Part shown: piece after piece, positions 1-9,839 of the stretch
How the letters are laid out: every line of letters starts with the position of its first letter
How positions within the stretch are numbered: position 1 is the stretch's first letter
Origin: Candidatus Bathyarchaeota archaeon
GTDB lineage: Archaea; Thermoproteota; Bathyarchaeia; Bathyarchaeales; Bathycorpusculaceae
Direction of reading: 5' to 3'
Length of the DNA: 64,000 nucleotides
Assembly: GCA_963767735.1 (NCBI GenBank)
Contig: CAVYES010000002.1
Location: forward strand, 1-64,000
Translations under genes and position numbers: made by a program
The notes under the pieces: model-generated
Database searches by the model: none
Seen by the model: only the letters and a program-made list of their open reading frames with translations
What the model was told of the DNA's origin: nothing

Positions 1-8
1 TCTTAGTT

Positions 9-521
9 GTGTGGGATTCTACTGAAGGCTCTCAACTTTATAAAGCGGGTTATTATGGGAAGCCAGTTGGGATTCCTAAACCTAAAATTCCAGAGTTTGA
101 TGCTCCACTAATTTTGGATTTGATGGAAGGCTTATACCTTGTCGAAAACAAGAAAATAGAAATTTACGAAGATTCAGACGAGAACAAGGTTAGCCTCAAA
201 AAATTAAGGCAAAAAGCTAAACAGTTATATGATGAGTTTGAAGAAAAATACGCTGTTTACCACGATTTAAGGGATAGCGGCATGATTGTTACGCCGGGGA
301 TAAAGTTTGGCTGCGACTTCGCTGTTTATAAGTACGGTCCAGGCGTCGAACATGCCCCTTACATGGTCTCGGTAAAGAAGGCAGGCTCAAACATTTCAGC
401 GACAGAAATCGTCAAGGCGGGACGACTAGCCACCACAGTGCGCAAAAGATTCATTATTGCGGTTCCCGATTTGGCAACGGACAAAGTGAAGTACCTGATT
501 TTCAAGTGGTTCAAAGCCTAA
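9..521 (+). CDS. endA: tRNA-splicing endonuclease catalytic subunit (probably 5'-truncated by the window edge)
   Basis: Motif PGIKFGCDFAVY..GPG..HAPY plus TVRK supplies the Tyr/His/Lys catalytic triad; also L.L.EGLYL and VY.DLRD.G motifs. Confidence 0.93.
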   Translation: MWDSTEGSQLYKAGYYGKPVGIPKPKIPEFDAPLILDLMEGLYLVENKKIEIYEDSDENKVSLKKLRQKAKQLYDEFEEKYAVYHDLRDSGMIVTPGIKFGCDFAVYKYGPGVEHAPYMVSVKKAGSNISATEIVKAGRLATTVRKRFIIAVPDLATDKVKYLIFKWFKA

Positions 522-795
522 GTTTGTGCTCTGGCTAGTTTTCTCCCGATGCCGGCCGCGGATGCCTTCAATACTTCGTCTATTGTTCCGTCAATTTTTA
601 GTCCCTTAACTAAAACCATCGAGCAGTCTGTTGGGCTGGGAACAGTGTTTGGGGTAAAATGACGATCTTACAATTTATCATTTCAAAAGTCACGCAGTCA
701 TCTTCATTTATTCCTAATTTTTTCCTTATGTTGGATGGAATAGTAATCTTCCCTTTTAAGAGCACCTTAACTAATTCACCCAACGCGGTTGCCAT
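518..795 (-). CDS. AbrB/MazE/SpoVT-family DNA-binding protein (antitoxin-like), frameshifted near 650
   Basis: KGKITIPSNIRKKLGINEDD AbrB motif. An alternative frame continues NTVPSPTD...VKGLKIDGTIDEVLKASAAGIGRKLARAQT to a stop overlapping the endA end. Confidence 0.75.
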
Positions 796-1052
796 AAAAT
801 CCTCATGTAGGGTTACTTAATAAGGTTACATTTTTTCGATTATAATTTTGGGAATTAAGTTAAAAAAAAGATAAGGCTATATACTTGGTAAAAAAAATGT
901 TTTTTTTATTAGCATAAAAGGTAGAGCAGAGATCGAGCAGATGTCGTCTTTTTAGATTTTCCAGTTTCAAATACTATGAAAACGGGAATATTTCGAGTTC
1001 AGAAGCTTCTAATTAAGACTTTACGTTAATGTGTTCTTAAGAAGCGAGTGCT

Positions 1053-1433
1053 ATGGTCAAGAATAAGTCCTTTAGAGGACTAGAAGATATTAGTGACAAC
1101 CATATTTTTTGGGAGAATACCGAAACCAAAATCTTCCTTGATTTTAAGCCTTCCTTCACTTCGTTTCGACCAAGACGACTAAGCGGTTTAGATGACAATT
1201 ATGAATTCAACCCGCCAAAAACAACCGACCTTTATTCCAAAAAAATTCTTGTTTCAATAATCCTTATGTGCAGCGAACCAACCGAACCTACAGTTGAAGC
1301 TTCCTTTCTTTTTTATATCCAAGCAGACTTTTTCAACGAAAAAGGAAATTCTGAAAAACCAAACAAGGCGGAACGAATCTCCGAATATGTTTCAGCTGAA
1401 AACACCACTGTTAATGGGATAAAACATGTTTGA
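1053..1433 (+). CDS. hypothetical protein
   Basis: 126-aa ORF overlapping the TPR gene start; no recognised motif. Confidence 0.35.
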   Translation: MVKNKSFRGLEDISDNHIFWENTETKIFLDFKPSFTSFRPRRLSGLDDNYEFNPPKTTDLYSKKILVSIILMCSEPTEPTVEASFLFYIQADFFNEKGNSEKPNKAERISEYVSAENTTVNGIKHV

Positions 1434-2109
1434 TCAAGCGATCGAACATTATAAGGAAGCTCTGAAGATACGTCGGGAGTTAGCTGAGATTGACGAAAGT
1501 TTCAAGCCCAAACTTGCGGATGCTCTTAACAATCTTGCTAACGCGTATTATGCTGAGGGTTTGCTTGACCAATCGATGGAATACTACAGGGAAGCTTTGA
1601 AGGTACGCCGGGAGTTAGCGGAGGTAGATGAAAATTTCAAGCCCAAACTTGCCAACACCCTAAGCAATCTGGGCTCCGTATATCGAAGTATGGGGTTGTT
1701 CGACCAATCGATTGAACACTACACGGAATCCACGAAGATACGTCGGGGTTTAGCTGAAGCAGAAGAAAGTTTCAAGCCCAAACTTGCGGATGCCCTTGAC
1801 AATTTAGCTAACGCGTATTATGGTAAGGGTTTGCTTGACCAAGCCATTGAACACTATAACGAAGCCTTAAAGATACGTCGAGAATTATTTGAAACAGTTG
1901 AAAACATCAGCATCCGATTTACTAAATCGCTTATTCTTCTTGGAATAACTTTGGGTATGCGTGGAATGGAGGAAGACAAAGTGCGTTCTAAAAAGTTGCA
2001 AACTGAAGCTAAAGCGATGTTGAAAGATCCCATCGTCATCGGAAGCCCACAATATCCTGATTTGGTTACCTTGGAAAGAATTCTCGATTCGCTTGTCGGC
2101 GATAACTAA
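1426..2109 (+). CDS. tetratricopeptide-repeat protein (42-aa repeats), probably N-terminally truncated
   Basis: Tandem 42-aa units DQAIEHY.EAL.IRRELAE..E.FKPKLA..L.NLA; ORF begins mid-repeat. Confidence 0.85.
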   Translation: MFDQAIEHYKEALKIRRELAEIDESFKPKLADALNNLANAYYAEGLLDQSMEYYREALKVRRELAEVDENFKPKLANTLSNLGSVYRSMGLFDQSIEHYTESTKIRRGLAEAEESFKPKLADALDNLANAYYGKGLLDQAIEHYNEALKIRRELFETVENISIRFTKSLILLGITLGMRGMEEDKVRSKKLQTEAKAMLKDPIVIGSPQYPDLVTLERILDSLVGDN

Positions 2110-2204
2110 TGCGAAAACTAGGAATTTTCAATCGAGAGTTACTCTAACAACGCCGGGGTCAAGTACAGGGAAATAATAGTTAGTTCCTAACTTGTTGTTT
2201 AACC

Positions 2205-3515
2205 TTAGTTTGCTATTATTGTTTGATTTTGGAATTCTCCTCGGATGGTCTGGTGTGGGTAAATTTTTGATGCGGAGAGGACGCAGCCTTCTTCTATTTT
2301 TACGTCGTCTGCTATGACTGAGACAGCTGTTATTTTTGTTGGTTTGAACTGGCTTGAGTTGACAACTACGTGTCTGCCGATTATGCTGTCGTTTACTTCA
2401 GCGTTTTCGCCTATTATAACCCTGTCCATTACTGCCGAATTGGATATTAATGCGTTTTTGCCTATTCTAGTGAAATTGTCAATGCATGAATCCACAATTC
2501 TTACGCCATCTTCAATTTGGCAATGTCTCCCAATCAAAACAGCGCCTTCAAGGGTGATTTTCTTCAGTTTTATTTTATGGATTATTTCTTGACGGCGTTT
2601 TTCTGAATCATTGCTTTCGCCTTGAACCCAAATTTGATTTTCCTTGTTTAATCTTCCGCCAAAATCGTTCAGGGTTGAGAAGCCGCCATGCAGCATATTC
2701 TTCATGGCTTCCAAGTAGCTTTTAGGCGTGCCCACGTCAAACCAGCTGCCTTTCAACGTGTAACCGTACACGGGGCGTCCAGTCTGAATCACGTAGGGAA
2801 TGAAGTCGTAACCGAAGTCTAATCTGTTTTTTTCTTTAATGATTTGTTGCACACCTTTTTCTTTGAAAATCTTTTTCACTTCAGGCGACAGAACGTACAA
2901 GCCTGTATTCGCAAGGTTGCTGGGAGCGTCTTTGGGCAGGGGCTTTTCGACAAATTTTTTTATGCGACCGTTTTTGTCGATGTCAGCTATGCCTAAACCT
3001 TCCACGTTATCAACTTCGCGCAGCACTATGGTTAATGCGGCGCATTTTTCCTTATGATAATCAATTAGGCTCCTCACTTTTATATCAAAAATGTTGTCGC
3101 CTTGTACCGCGAAAACTGGGTTGGTAAGTTCATAGTACTCCATGTTTATTCTCGCTGAATCAGCACTTCCCAAATCATCAACGTTAGGCTGATATTTTAT
3201 GTGGATACGCGGCTTTATGTTATAACGCGCTGAAAATCCATAGCCTGACTCAAAATAATCATACAAATCTCTATAATTGGTGTAGCCTTTAACACCAAAA
3301 ATAAAGTTGCGAATGCCCTGACTTGCCAAAGACAAAAGAGAAAACTCCACAAGAGGCCTGTTCAAAAAGCGCAGGCATGCTTTGCTTGTTTCAGCCGTTA
3401 ACGGCAAAAGGCGCGTCGCTTTTCCGCCAACAGGGATTATTACTCGTATCTTTTCAGGAGCATAACTATCGCCTACTAGAGGGGCATAATGGTCGCTCAA
3501 ATGCTTCACCAACAA
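2205..3515 (-). CDS. NDP-sugar pyrophosphorylase (GlgC/mannose-1-P guanylyltransferase-like) with C-terminal beta-helix
   Basis: GGKATRLLPLT...K, GSADS, FVEKP, DFGYDFIP and WFDVGT motifs; hexapeptide repeats at the C-terminus. Confidence 0.85.
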   Translation of the reverse strand: MLVKHLSDHYAPLVGDSYAPEKIRVIIPVGGKATRLLPLTAETSKACLRFLNRPLVEFSLLSLASQGIRNFIFGVKGYTNYRDLYDYFESGYGFSARYNIKPRIHIKYQPNVDDLGSADSARINMEYYELTNPVFAVQGDNIFDIKVRSLIDYHKEKCAALTIVLREVDNVEGLGIADIDKNGRIKKFVEKPLPKDAPSNLANTGLYVLSPEVKKIFKEKGVQQIIKEKNRLDFGYDFIPYVIQTGRPVYGYTLKGSWFDVGTPKSYLEAMKNMLHGGFSTLNDFGGRLNKENQIWVQGESNDSEKRRQEIIHKIKLKKITLEGAVLIGRHCQIEDGVRIVDSCIDNFTRIGKNALISNSAVMDRVIIGENAEVNDSIIGRHVVVNSSQFKPTKITAVSVIADDVKIEEGCVLSASKIYPHQTIRGEFQNQTIIAN

Positions 3516-3669
3516 TTGATACTTATAAGAATACGTTGCACGTTAATCCTTTTAACGGTTCTTATAAACTGAATGAACAAAAGATCAATCTTTTTCCACA
3601 TATTTTTCAGCGCGTAGCTTGAGAATGCTGGTAAAGGCAGGTAAATAAAAAAAATGTTTAATGGTTAAT

Positions 3670-3960
3670 CTATAGTTTTGGCTGTTTAGCCCATTCTTCT
3701 TTTACAAGTTTAGTTATGTTATCCAGGTTTGTCTGCGCTGTAAGGTCGGCAATAACGTTGTTCAACTCGTTCCTAATTAACAAAGACACTTCATTGGGTC
3801 TTAGCGGTTCGGGTCTTGTAGCTTGATAAACTCTTAGGGCACGCAAACAAAACATAATCATTAGTTGTTGCTGCTGGTTCTGTAAATCTGAAAGTTCGTT
3901 TTTGCTATTTTTCATTAACTTGTCAAAACTGTTTGAATCCCATTTTCCTTCTTCAGTCAT
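3670..3960 (-). CDS. hypothetical helical protein
   Basis: 96-aa ORF with purine-rich upstream sequence, downstream of pyrG on the same strand. Confidence 0.6.
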   Translation of the reverse strand: MTEEGKWDSNSFDKLMKNSKNELSDLQNQQQQLMIMFCLRALRVYQATRPEPLRPNEVSLLIRNELNNVIADLTAQTNLDNITKLVKEEWAKQPKL

Positions 3961-4029
3961 TTTTTAACCCTTCCTTACCGTCTCATGTAAATCATGCATT
4001 ATAGCCTTTTCTACTAACAGCTCTAATTG

Positions 4030-5658
4030 CTAAGAAATGATGGCTTTTGGTTTTCCAAGCTTTTTATTTACGCATGCTTGGATAAACCCAACGTATTCAG
4101 GTGAAGGTCTTTCAGGTCGGCTCTTGAATTCTCCATGAAACTGAGAGGCAAAGAAGAAGTAGCTTTTTGGCAACTCTAAAGTTTCCATTCTTCTGCCGTC
4201 GACGCTTTTGCCAGAGAAGCATAAACCATTTTTCTTTAAGTTTTCTTGGTAGTCCAAGTTAACCTCAAAGCGGTGTCTGTGGCGCTCGTAAATTTCTTCT
4301 TGTTCATACATGCTGTAGGCAAGGGTGGCTTTTTGCAAAATCACTTTGTGGGCACCCAACCGCATTGTTGCACCTTTAATTTCTATTCCACGCTGTTCAG
4401 GCATAAGGTCTATGACTGGATGCGGAGTTTCAGGATTAATTTCCGTGCTATTTGCATCTTTTAGGCCGCAAACGTTTCGAGCATACTCGATAACTGCCAA
4501 TTGGAAACCGTAGCAAATGCCTAAAAATGGAATATCATTCTCTCTGGCAAACTGGACAGCTGCAATTTTGCCTTCGGTTCCGCGTGGACCAAATCCGTAA
4601 GGAACGAAAACGCCGTCAAAATTGGCAAGATCTTTGACGCATTGAGGATCGTGCTCCAGTTTTTCCGCTTCTAAGTAAGAGATGCAAACCTTGGTTTTGC
4701 ATGCGCCGCCAGCATGTCGAAGTGCCTCGGTCATGCTTACGTAACTGTCAGTTAAGCCAGCATATTTTCCTACTAACGCTATCTTTACTTCATTATCTGG
4801 ATTTACCAGACCGTCAACGAACTGCTGCCAACCTCCGAAATCTTTAGTCTCACATTTAATGGCTAATCTTTGACAGATAAAATCGCCCATGCCTTGCTTA
4901 TCTAAGATAAGCGGCACCTGATAGACAGATTCAGCGTTATATGAGCAAAAAACGGCGCTTTCGGGAATAGTGCCGAATAACGCTATTTTTCTGAGGGCTT
5001 CTGCATCAATCATTTTGGGGCTTCTAGCCACTATTGTATCGGGTTGAATACCTATGCCTCTTAACTCATTTATGCTGTGCTGTAGGGGTTTAGTTTTCAT
5101 TTCGCCAGTAACATCCAAAATCGGCACCAAAGCTAAATGAACATAAAGCGTATTCTCGTAGCCTTCATCAATGCGCATCTGGCGAATAGCCTCCAGAAAA
5201 GGTAATCCTTCAATGTCGCCAACTGTACCGCCAACTTCAACCAAAACAACATCGGCACAAGTAGCTTTGCCTACGGTTTTGATGCGATTCTTAATTTCGT
5301 TCGTGACATGAGGCACAATTTGGACGCATCGTCCTAAAAAGTCGCCTCTGCGTTCTTTCTCAATAACAGATTTATAAACCATGCCGGTGGTTAGGTTGTT
5401 TTCTTGCTTAAGGCTTAAATCTAAGAAGCGTTCGTACCAGCCTAAATCTAAATCGGTTTCTCCGCCATCGTCGGTTACAAAGACTTCCCCATGCATGTAG
5501 GGATTCATCGTTCCGGCATCAACGTTCACGTAAGGGTCGATTTTTACAACTGTTGGCTTTAATCCTCGAGCCTGAAGCATTTTGCCGATGGAAGAAGTCA
5601 ATATGCCTTTGCCAACTGAACTTAACACTCCGCCCGTCACGAAAATATACTTAACCAT
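4030..5658 (-). CDS. pyrG: CTP synthase
   Basis: KYIFVTGGV.SS.GKG, KIDPY.NVD.GTM, KTKP.QHS, GATase GICYGFQ and FHGE motifs. Confidence 0.98.
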   Translation of the reverse strand: MVKYIFVTGGVLSSVGKGILTSSIGKMLQARGLKPTVVKIDPYVNVDAGTMNPYMHGEVFVTDDGGETDLDLGWYERFLDLSLKQENNLTTGMVYKSVIEKERRGDFLGRCVQIVPHVTNEIKNRIKTVGKATCADVVLVEVGGTVGDIEGLPFLEAIRQMRIDEGYENTLYVHLALVPILDVTGEMKTKPLQHSINELRGIGIQPDTIVARSPKMIDAEALRKIALFGTIPESAVFCSYNAESVYQVPLILDKQGMGDFICQRLAIKCETKDFGGWQQFVDGLVNPDNEVKIALVGKYAGLTDSYVSMTEALRHAGGACKTKVCISYLEAEKLEHDPQCVKDLANFDGVFVPYGFGPRGTEGKIAAVQFARENDIPFLGICYGFQLAVIEYARNVCGLKDANSTEINPETPHPVIDLMPEQRGIEIKGATMRLGAHKVILQKATLAYSMYEQEEIYERHRHRFEVNLDYQENLKKNGLCFSGKSVDGRRMETLELPKSYFFFASQFHGEFKSRPERPSPEYVGFIQACVNKKLGKPKAIIS

Positions 5659-6132
5659 CGATTTCCCCCATAATAACCTACACCTTTCAAGCTAACTTAA
5701 TATAACTCTTTTGTGTGTGGAGGTGCAAAAATGTGCAATTAAGAATGGTTTACTTTGAACATGTAAGCAGGCTAATGAGCGCGTAAGCCTTTATCTGCGG
5801 TTGCTCATCAACGCTATGCAAAAGTTCGCATAAAAATCAAAATTGATCTACAAAGCCAAAAACCGCGAAAAATAATGAAAGACGAAAAAAGCGAATATCG
5901 ACTTATTCCAAGGTCTTAGAACAGCCCGTCCATCTAACGCCGCGGCGGAGTCCGACAAATATAACAGCAGATAGCCCATTTAGGGTGTAATTGGCCACAT
6001 TCTGTACAATTAACATTTTTTCTGGATTATCTTCTAGAATACTCTTTACAAGATTGATATTAAATTAAAAATTTTATTGAAAATTTGCTTTTTATTCAGA
6101 AATATTTTAATTAAGAACCTGCTAAGTATGAG

Positions 6133-6378
6133 GTGGAGATAAAGATGCCTAAAGCCTTTGTATTGATAAACGTTGAATCAGGGTCGGAAGAAGAAGTTCT
6201 TGAGCAAATTAAACAAATTGAAGGCGTGGAAGAAGCATACTATTCTTATGGTGTTTATGACATAATTACTAAAGTAAAAGCCGACTCAATGGAAAAACTT
6301 AGGGAAATAGTTACCCAAAAAGTAAGAACCTTAAGCAGGGTCAGGTCGACGTTAACGCTGATAATGATGGAAGACTGA
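6133..6378 (+). CDS. stand-alone Lrp/AsnC ligand-binding (RAM) domain protein
   Basis: MPKAFVLINVE.G.E..V...YGVYDII.KV...VRSTLTLI; no HTH. Confidence 0.9.
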   Translation: MEIKMPKAFVLINVESGSEEEVLEQIKQIEGVEEAYYSYGVYDIITKVKADSMEKLREIVTQKVRTLSRVRSTLTLIMMED

Positions 6379-6562
6379 CACCTACGAACCATCGTGTCTT
6401 ATTGAGGATACATCAAACGGCTAAAAATAAACGGAATAAATAGAAAGTTAATTTTCACATTTTCTAATATTTTTTAGCGTCAATCAAACGGTAACTTTAG
6501 TGCTTAATAGGAAACATTTTAATGTACACTCAACTAATCAATTATTATAGGATCGAATTAAA

Positions 6563-6799
6563 ATGCCAACAGCCTTTGTTTTAATAAATACCGAGATAGG
6601 TTCGGAATCTGACGTACTGAAAGAGCTGAAAAAGGTCGAAGGTGTTGAAGAAGCATCAGCCGTTTATGGAGTCTACGACATAGTAGCAAGAGTCAAGGCA
6701 GACACAATGGATAAATTAAAAGAAATAGTAACCTGGCGCATACGACGACTAGACAAAGTACGGTCAACACTAACAATGATCGTCGTTGAAGAAAAATAA
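6563..6799 (+). CDS. stand-alone Lrp/AsnC ligand-binding (RAM) domain protein
   Basis: MPTAFVLINTEIG...VYGVYDIV...VRSTLTMI; paralog of its neighbours. Confidence 0.92.
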   Translation: MPTAFVLINTEIGSESDVLKELKKVEGVEEASAVYGVYDIVARVKADTMDKLKEIVTWRIRRLDKVRSTLTMIVVEEK

Positions 6800-6948
6800 C
6801 CAAAACAAACTCCCTTTCTTTTATAACACCATCAAAGAACCGCCTTTATTATTTTTAGATAATATCTTGCTAGAAACGCCTCTTCTAAGTAAAATTGAGC
6901 TCAGTAGACAGAGAACATTCTCAACTTCAATAAAAATGAAGGCTGAGT

Positions 6949-6972
6949 TGTGACTGTAGCAAGCTAGTCACA
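6949..6972. promoter_or_regulatory. inverted-repeat operator candidate TGTGACT-N10-AGTCACA
   Basis: Perfect 7-bp arms just upstream of an AT-rich TATA-like tract. Confidence 0.4.
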
Positions 6973-7029
6973 TAATTTTAAATTTTAATCAAGTCATTTT
7001 AACACCTAGTGCATCTGGAGTAGTGACGA

Positions 7030-7206
7030 ATGAAAGCAAATCCACAAGTACGCAATGTCAAGCCATGGAAGAGCTGCGTCAAAGCAAAAACTCTTCCAGT
7101 GAGCAGCAGATGCACCGAATTTTTTAAAGGTTGGACAAGGCGGTTTGGATACCCATTAAGCCTTTTTATGTTCCCCCTGAACAAGAAAGATTTTCCGAGC
7201 CTCTGA
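7030..7206 (+). CDS. putative 58-aa small basic protein/leader peptide
   Basis: ATG preceded by GGAG; open frame MKANPQVRNVKPWKSC...DFPSL ends 41 bp before the third RAM gene. Confidence 0.3.
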   Translation: MKANPQVRNVKPWKSCVKAKTLPVSSRCTEFFKGWTRRFGYPLSLFMFPLNKKDFPSL

Positions 7207-7247
7207 ATCCAACCGCTCATCCAAAATGAAAAGGGTTTTTAAAAAAA

Positions 7248-7535
7248 ATGCCAATAGCATATATTCTCTTAAATACCGAAATAGGAGCCGAAAATCAAGT
7301 ATTGAAAGCGTTGAAGAAGGTAGAAGGCGTCGAGGAGGCGCATAGCCTTTGGGGCGTCTATGATATAATCGCAAACGTGAAAGCAGACAACATGGAGAAA
7401 CTAAAATACATCATTACAAAAAGAATCGAGAAAATCGACAAAATAAATTCAAAATTGACAATGATAATAAATGAGAAACATCCAACGCCGCTGGAAGAGC
7501 ACGTAATTTTTGAGCGAACCCCCGTTCTTCAATAA
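7248..7535 (+). CDS. stand-alone Lrp/AsnC ligand-binding (RAM) domain protein
   Basis: MPIAYILLNTEIG...LWGVYDII; third paralog. Confidence 0.9.
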   Translation: MPIAYILLNTEIGAENQVLKALKKVEGVEEAHSLWGVYDIIANVKADNMEKLKYIITKRIEKIDKINSKLTMIINEKHPTPLEEHVIFERTPVLQ

Positions 7536-7612
7536 ATTAATAGATTGACCTTCGCTTTTGGCTAACAATATTTTTTACCTTCGCAGCTTAGTTCTCTAAT
7601 TTAGCTTGGAGA

Positions 7613-8971
7613 GTGGCTGCTTTGAATAGGCATCAGATAATGCACATTGGGCTGGACGATACAGATTCAACGAAGGGAGGTTGCACAACCTATCTTGCAG
7701 CATTGCTTATTGAAGCGCTTGAAAAATTTCACGTTGAATTTACTGATTATCCAGGCTTGATTAGGCTTAATCCTAATGTGCCGTGGAAAACAAGAGGCAA
7801 CGGCGCCTTATGTTTAAGATTCCGTTACGATGCCGAGTATGAAGAGGAAATAAAAGATTTAGCGCTGACATTGTGGGATGAAAACTCAGCCGTCAACGAG
7901 AAAGGCACCGACCCAGGAATAGTATTTTTTGAAAAACAGCAAATTCCTACGGAACTTGAGGTATTTGCGAAAAAAACAGAAACCAGCATTGTGAAACTCA
8001 AGGAAGCAATGGCGCTAATTAAGAAGTTTGGGGCAGAAGCTTGTGGCTTCAACTCTTGCAGAGGAATAATCGGCGCGTTGGCAGCCGTTGGCGAAACGCT
8101 CAACTGCGACTACACCTACGAGCTCATCGCTTATCGAACTCCGCAGAATTGGGGTTCAAAACGGAAAGTGGATGAGGCATCAATTTTTGAAATGGACAAG
8201 CAGCTTCAGCCTTACACTTTTAACAATGTAGACTTAGAGAAACGCAGAGTAATCATTACTCCCAGAGGTCCCGACCCAATTCTCTTTGGCATAAGAGGCG
8301 AATCGCCAGAAATAGTTAAGAAAGCTTACGGCATCGTTAAGCCGCTTGAAAGTGTTGAGCGCTGGGTCATTTTCCGTTCAAACCAAGGCACCGATGCACA
8401 CCTAAAACCTATTGAGGCATTAAGCAAGATTGAACCTTACAGTTCAGTAATCGCTAAAGGCGTTGTTTCCAAGAACCCTCAGATAGTTACTTTACGACAT
8501 GTTATCTTTTCAATTAAGGATAATTCGGCAGAAGTTGATTGTGCCGCCTACGAACCAACGGGCAGTTTACGCAAAAACGCAAGAGAACTCATCGTTGGAG
8601 ACAGCGTTGAAGTCTACGGTGCAGTACATAAGCTAACGCGTGGCAAGCCGTTAACAATTAACCTCGAAAAAATTAACATTCTAAGCCTTGCGCCGAAAAC
8701 GGTATTGGAGAATCCGCTTTGCCTCGGCTGTGGGAAACGGTTGAAGTCCATGGGCAAAAACCAGGGATTCCGCTGTGAAAAATGCGGAGCGGAATATCGC
8801 GACTTTCCTAAGAAAGAATCAGCCCTGCTTAGAACGCTTAAAGCTGGCTTATACGTGACATCAACAAGGTCGCAGAGACATCTTACTAAACCGCCGCGGC
8901 GGTACGGCTTGGAAAAGCAACTTTATGAAACTAAACCAATGATTGAGGGTTGGCACTCTTCTTTTAGTTGA
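7613..8971 (+). CDS. tiaS: tRNA(Ile2) 2-agmatinylcytidine synthetase
   Basis: HIGLDDTDS..GGCTTY, LIRLNPNVPWKTRGNGA, GPDPILFGIRG, NQGTD, OB fold, Zn ribbon, RHLTKP. Confidence 0.97.
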   Translation: MAALNRHQIMHIGLDDTDSTKGGCTTYLAALLIEALEKFHVEFTDYPGLIRLNPNVPWKTRGNGALCLRFRYDAEYEEEIKDLALTLWDENSAVNEKGTDPGIVFFEKQQIPTELEVFAKKTETSIVKLKEAMALIKKFGAEACGFNSCRGIIGALAAVGETLNCDYTYELIAYRTPQNWGSKRKVDEASIFEMDKQLQPYTFNNVDLEKRRVIITPRGPDPILFGIRGESPEIVKKAYGIVKPLESVERWVIFRSNQGTDAHLKPIEALSKIEPYSSVIAKGVVSKNPQIVTLRHVIFSIKDNSAEVDCAAYEPTGSLRKNARELIVGDSVEVYGAVHKLTRGKPLTINLEKINILSLAPKTVLENPLCLGCGKRLKSMGKNQGFRCEKCGAEYRDFPKKESALLRTLKAGLYVTSTRSQRHLTKPPRRYGLEKQLYETKPMIEGWHSSFS

Positions 8972-8974
8972 AAG

Positions 8975-9816
8975 TTGGGCGTTAATATGGCTGTCAATCT
9001 TCGCATCAAACGGAGTTCACGCCGCACCAACACTCGCACTGCACACGTCGGGAGACCACACCAACAGCGACTCCGTTACCTGCGGCGGTTCCTACTCCAG
9101 TTCCAACAGCCGTCCCAACAACAGAACCAACACAATAGCCAACACCAAATACAATAACTGTCACAACTACACCTATTCCAACATCGATTTCTACTCAAGA
9201 TTCCACGCCGACTCTAACATCTTCACCCGCTCCTTTGTCTACCCCAAATGCAATAGTAACAACTGTGCCAGCGACGACTGATGGTACCGCGACAGTTGAT
9301 CTTGCTATTAGGGGAAACGTGACCAGCGCTCAGATCTCCAACGTAATAATCGCAACAAACCAGTCTGCAACAACAGTGTCTTTTAAGGTAAGTGAGCTAA
9401 ACGGCAATTCAGGTTTCAGCAACGTGACTATTCCGAAAAGTGCAGTATCCGATACAACATCACCGATGATCTACATCGATAACCAACCTGCCCAAAGCCA
9501 AGGCTACATTCAAGACACTAACAACTACTACGCACGGTACACGACCAGTTTCAGCACACACCAAATATCGATAGTGTTCGCCAAAACCTCTTCGTCAGGC
9601 TCTGCAAAACAGGAAAGTTTGCTTCCAGAATTAATTCTTGGAGTATCGGCTGTTATAGCCATCTTGGCAATCTCCGCAGTTGGGCTTTATTCAAAAAAAA
9701 CACTAATAAAACCAAAGTTGAAATTTTTTAATTCCCTTTTTTTAGTAAAAGAAGCCCACAAAACGTCACAGTTTTTTAGCCAACCATTTAAATGTAAGAA
9801 TCCCGTAACCCATTAA
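8975..9816 (+). pseudogene. remnant of a membrane-anchored surface protein (Pro/Thr linker, C-terminal beta domain, TM helix)
   Basis: Frame of ORF 9235 extends upstream as PTATPLPAAVPTPVPTAVPTTEPTQ* with in-frame TAG at 9136-9138; no N-terminal domain; C-terminal TM LILGVSAVIAILAISAVGLY. Confidence 0.65.
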
Positions 9817-9839
9817 AAGCTAAAGTAACAGTCAAGCAA

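Noticed and set aside
5920-5998. GC-rich patch with palindrome CGCCGCGGCG between pyrG and the RAM genes
   Set aside because: No convincing extended fold or known RNA motif by eye; would need an Rfam scan
9136-9138. In-frame TAG as pyrrolysine read-through
   Set aside because: It lies in a low-complexity linker of a gene that also lacks a coherent N-terminus, and no pyl genes are in the window; a nonsense mutation is simpler
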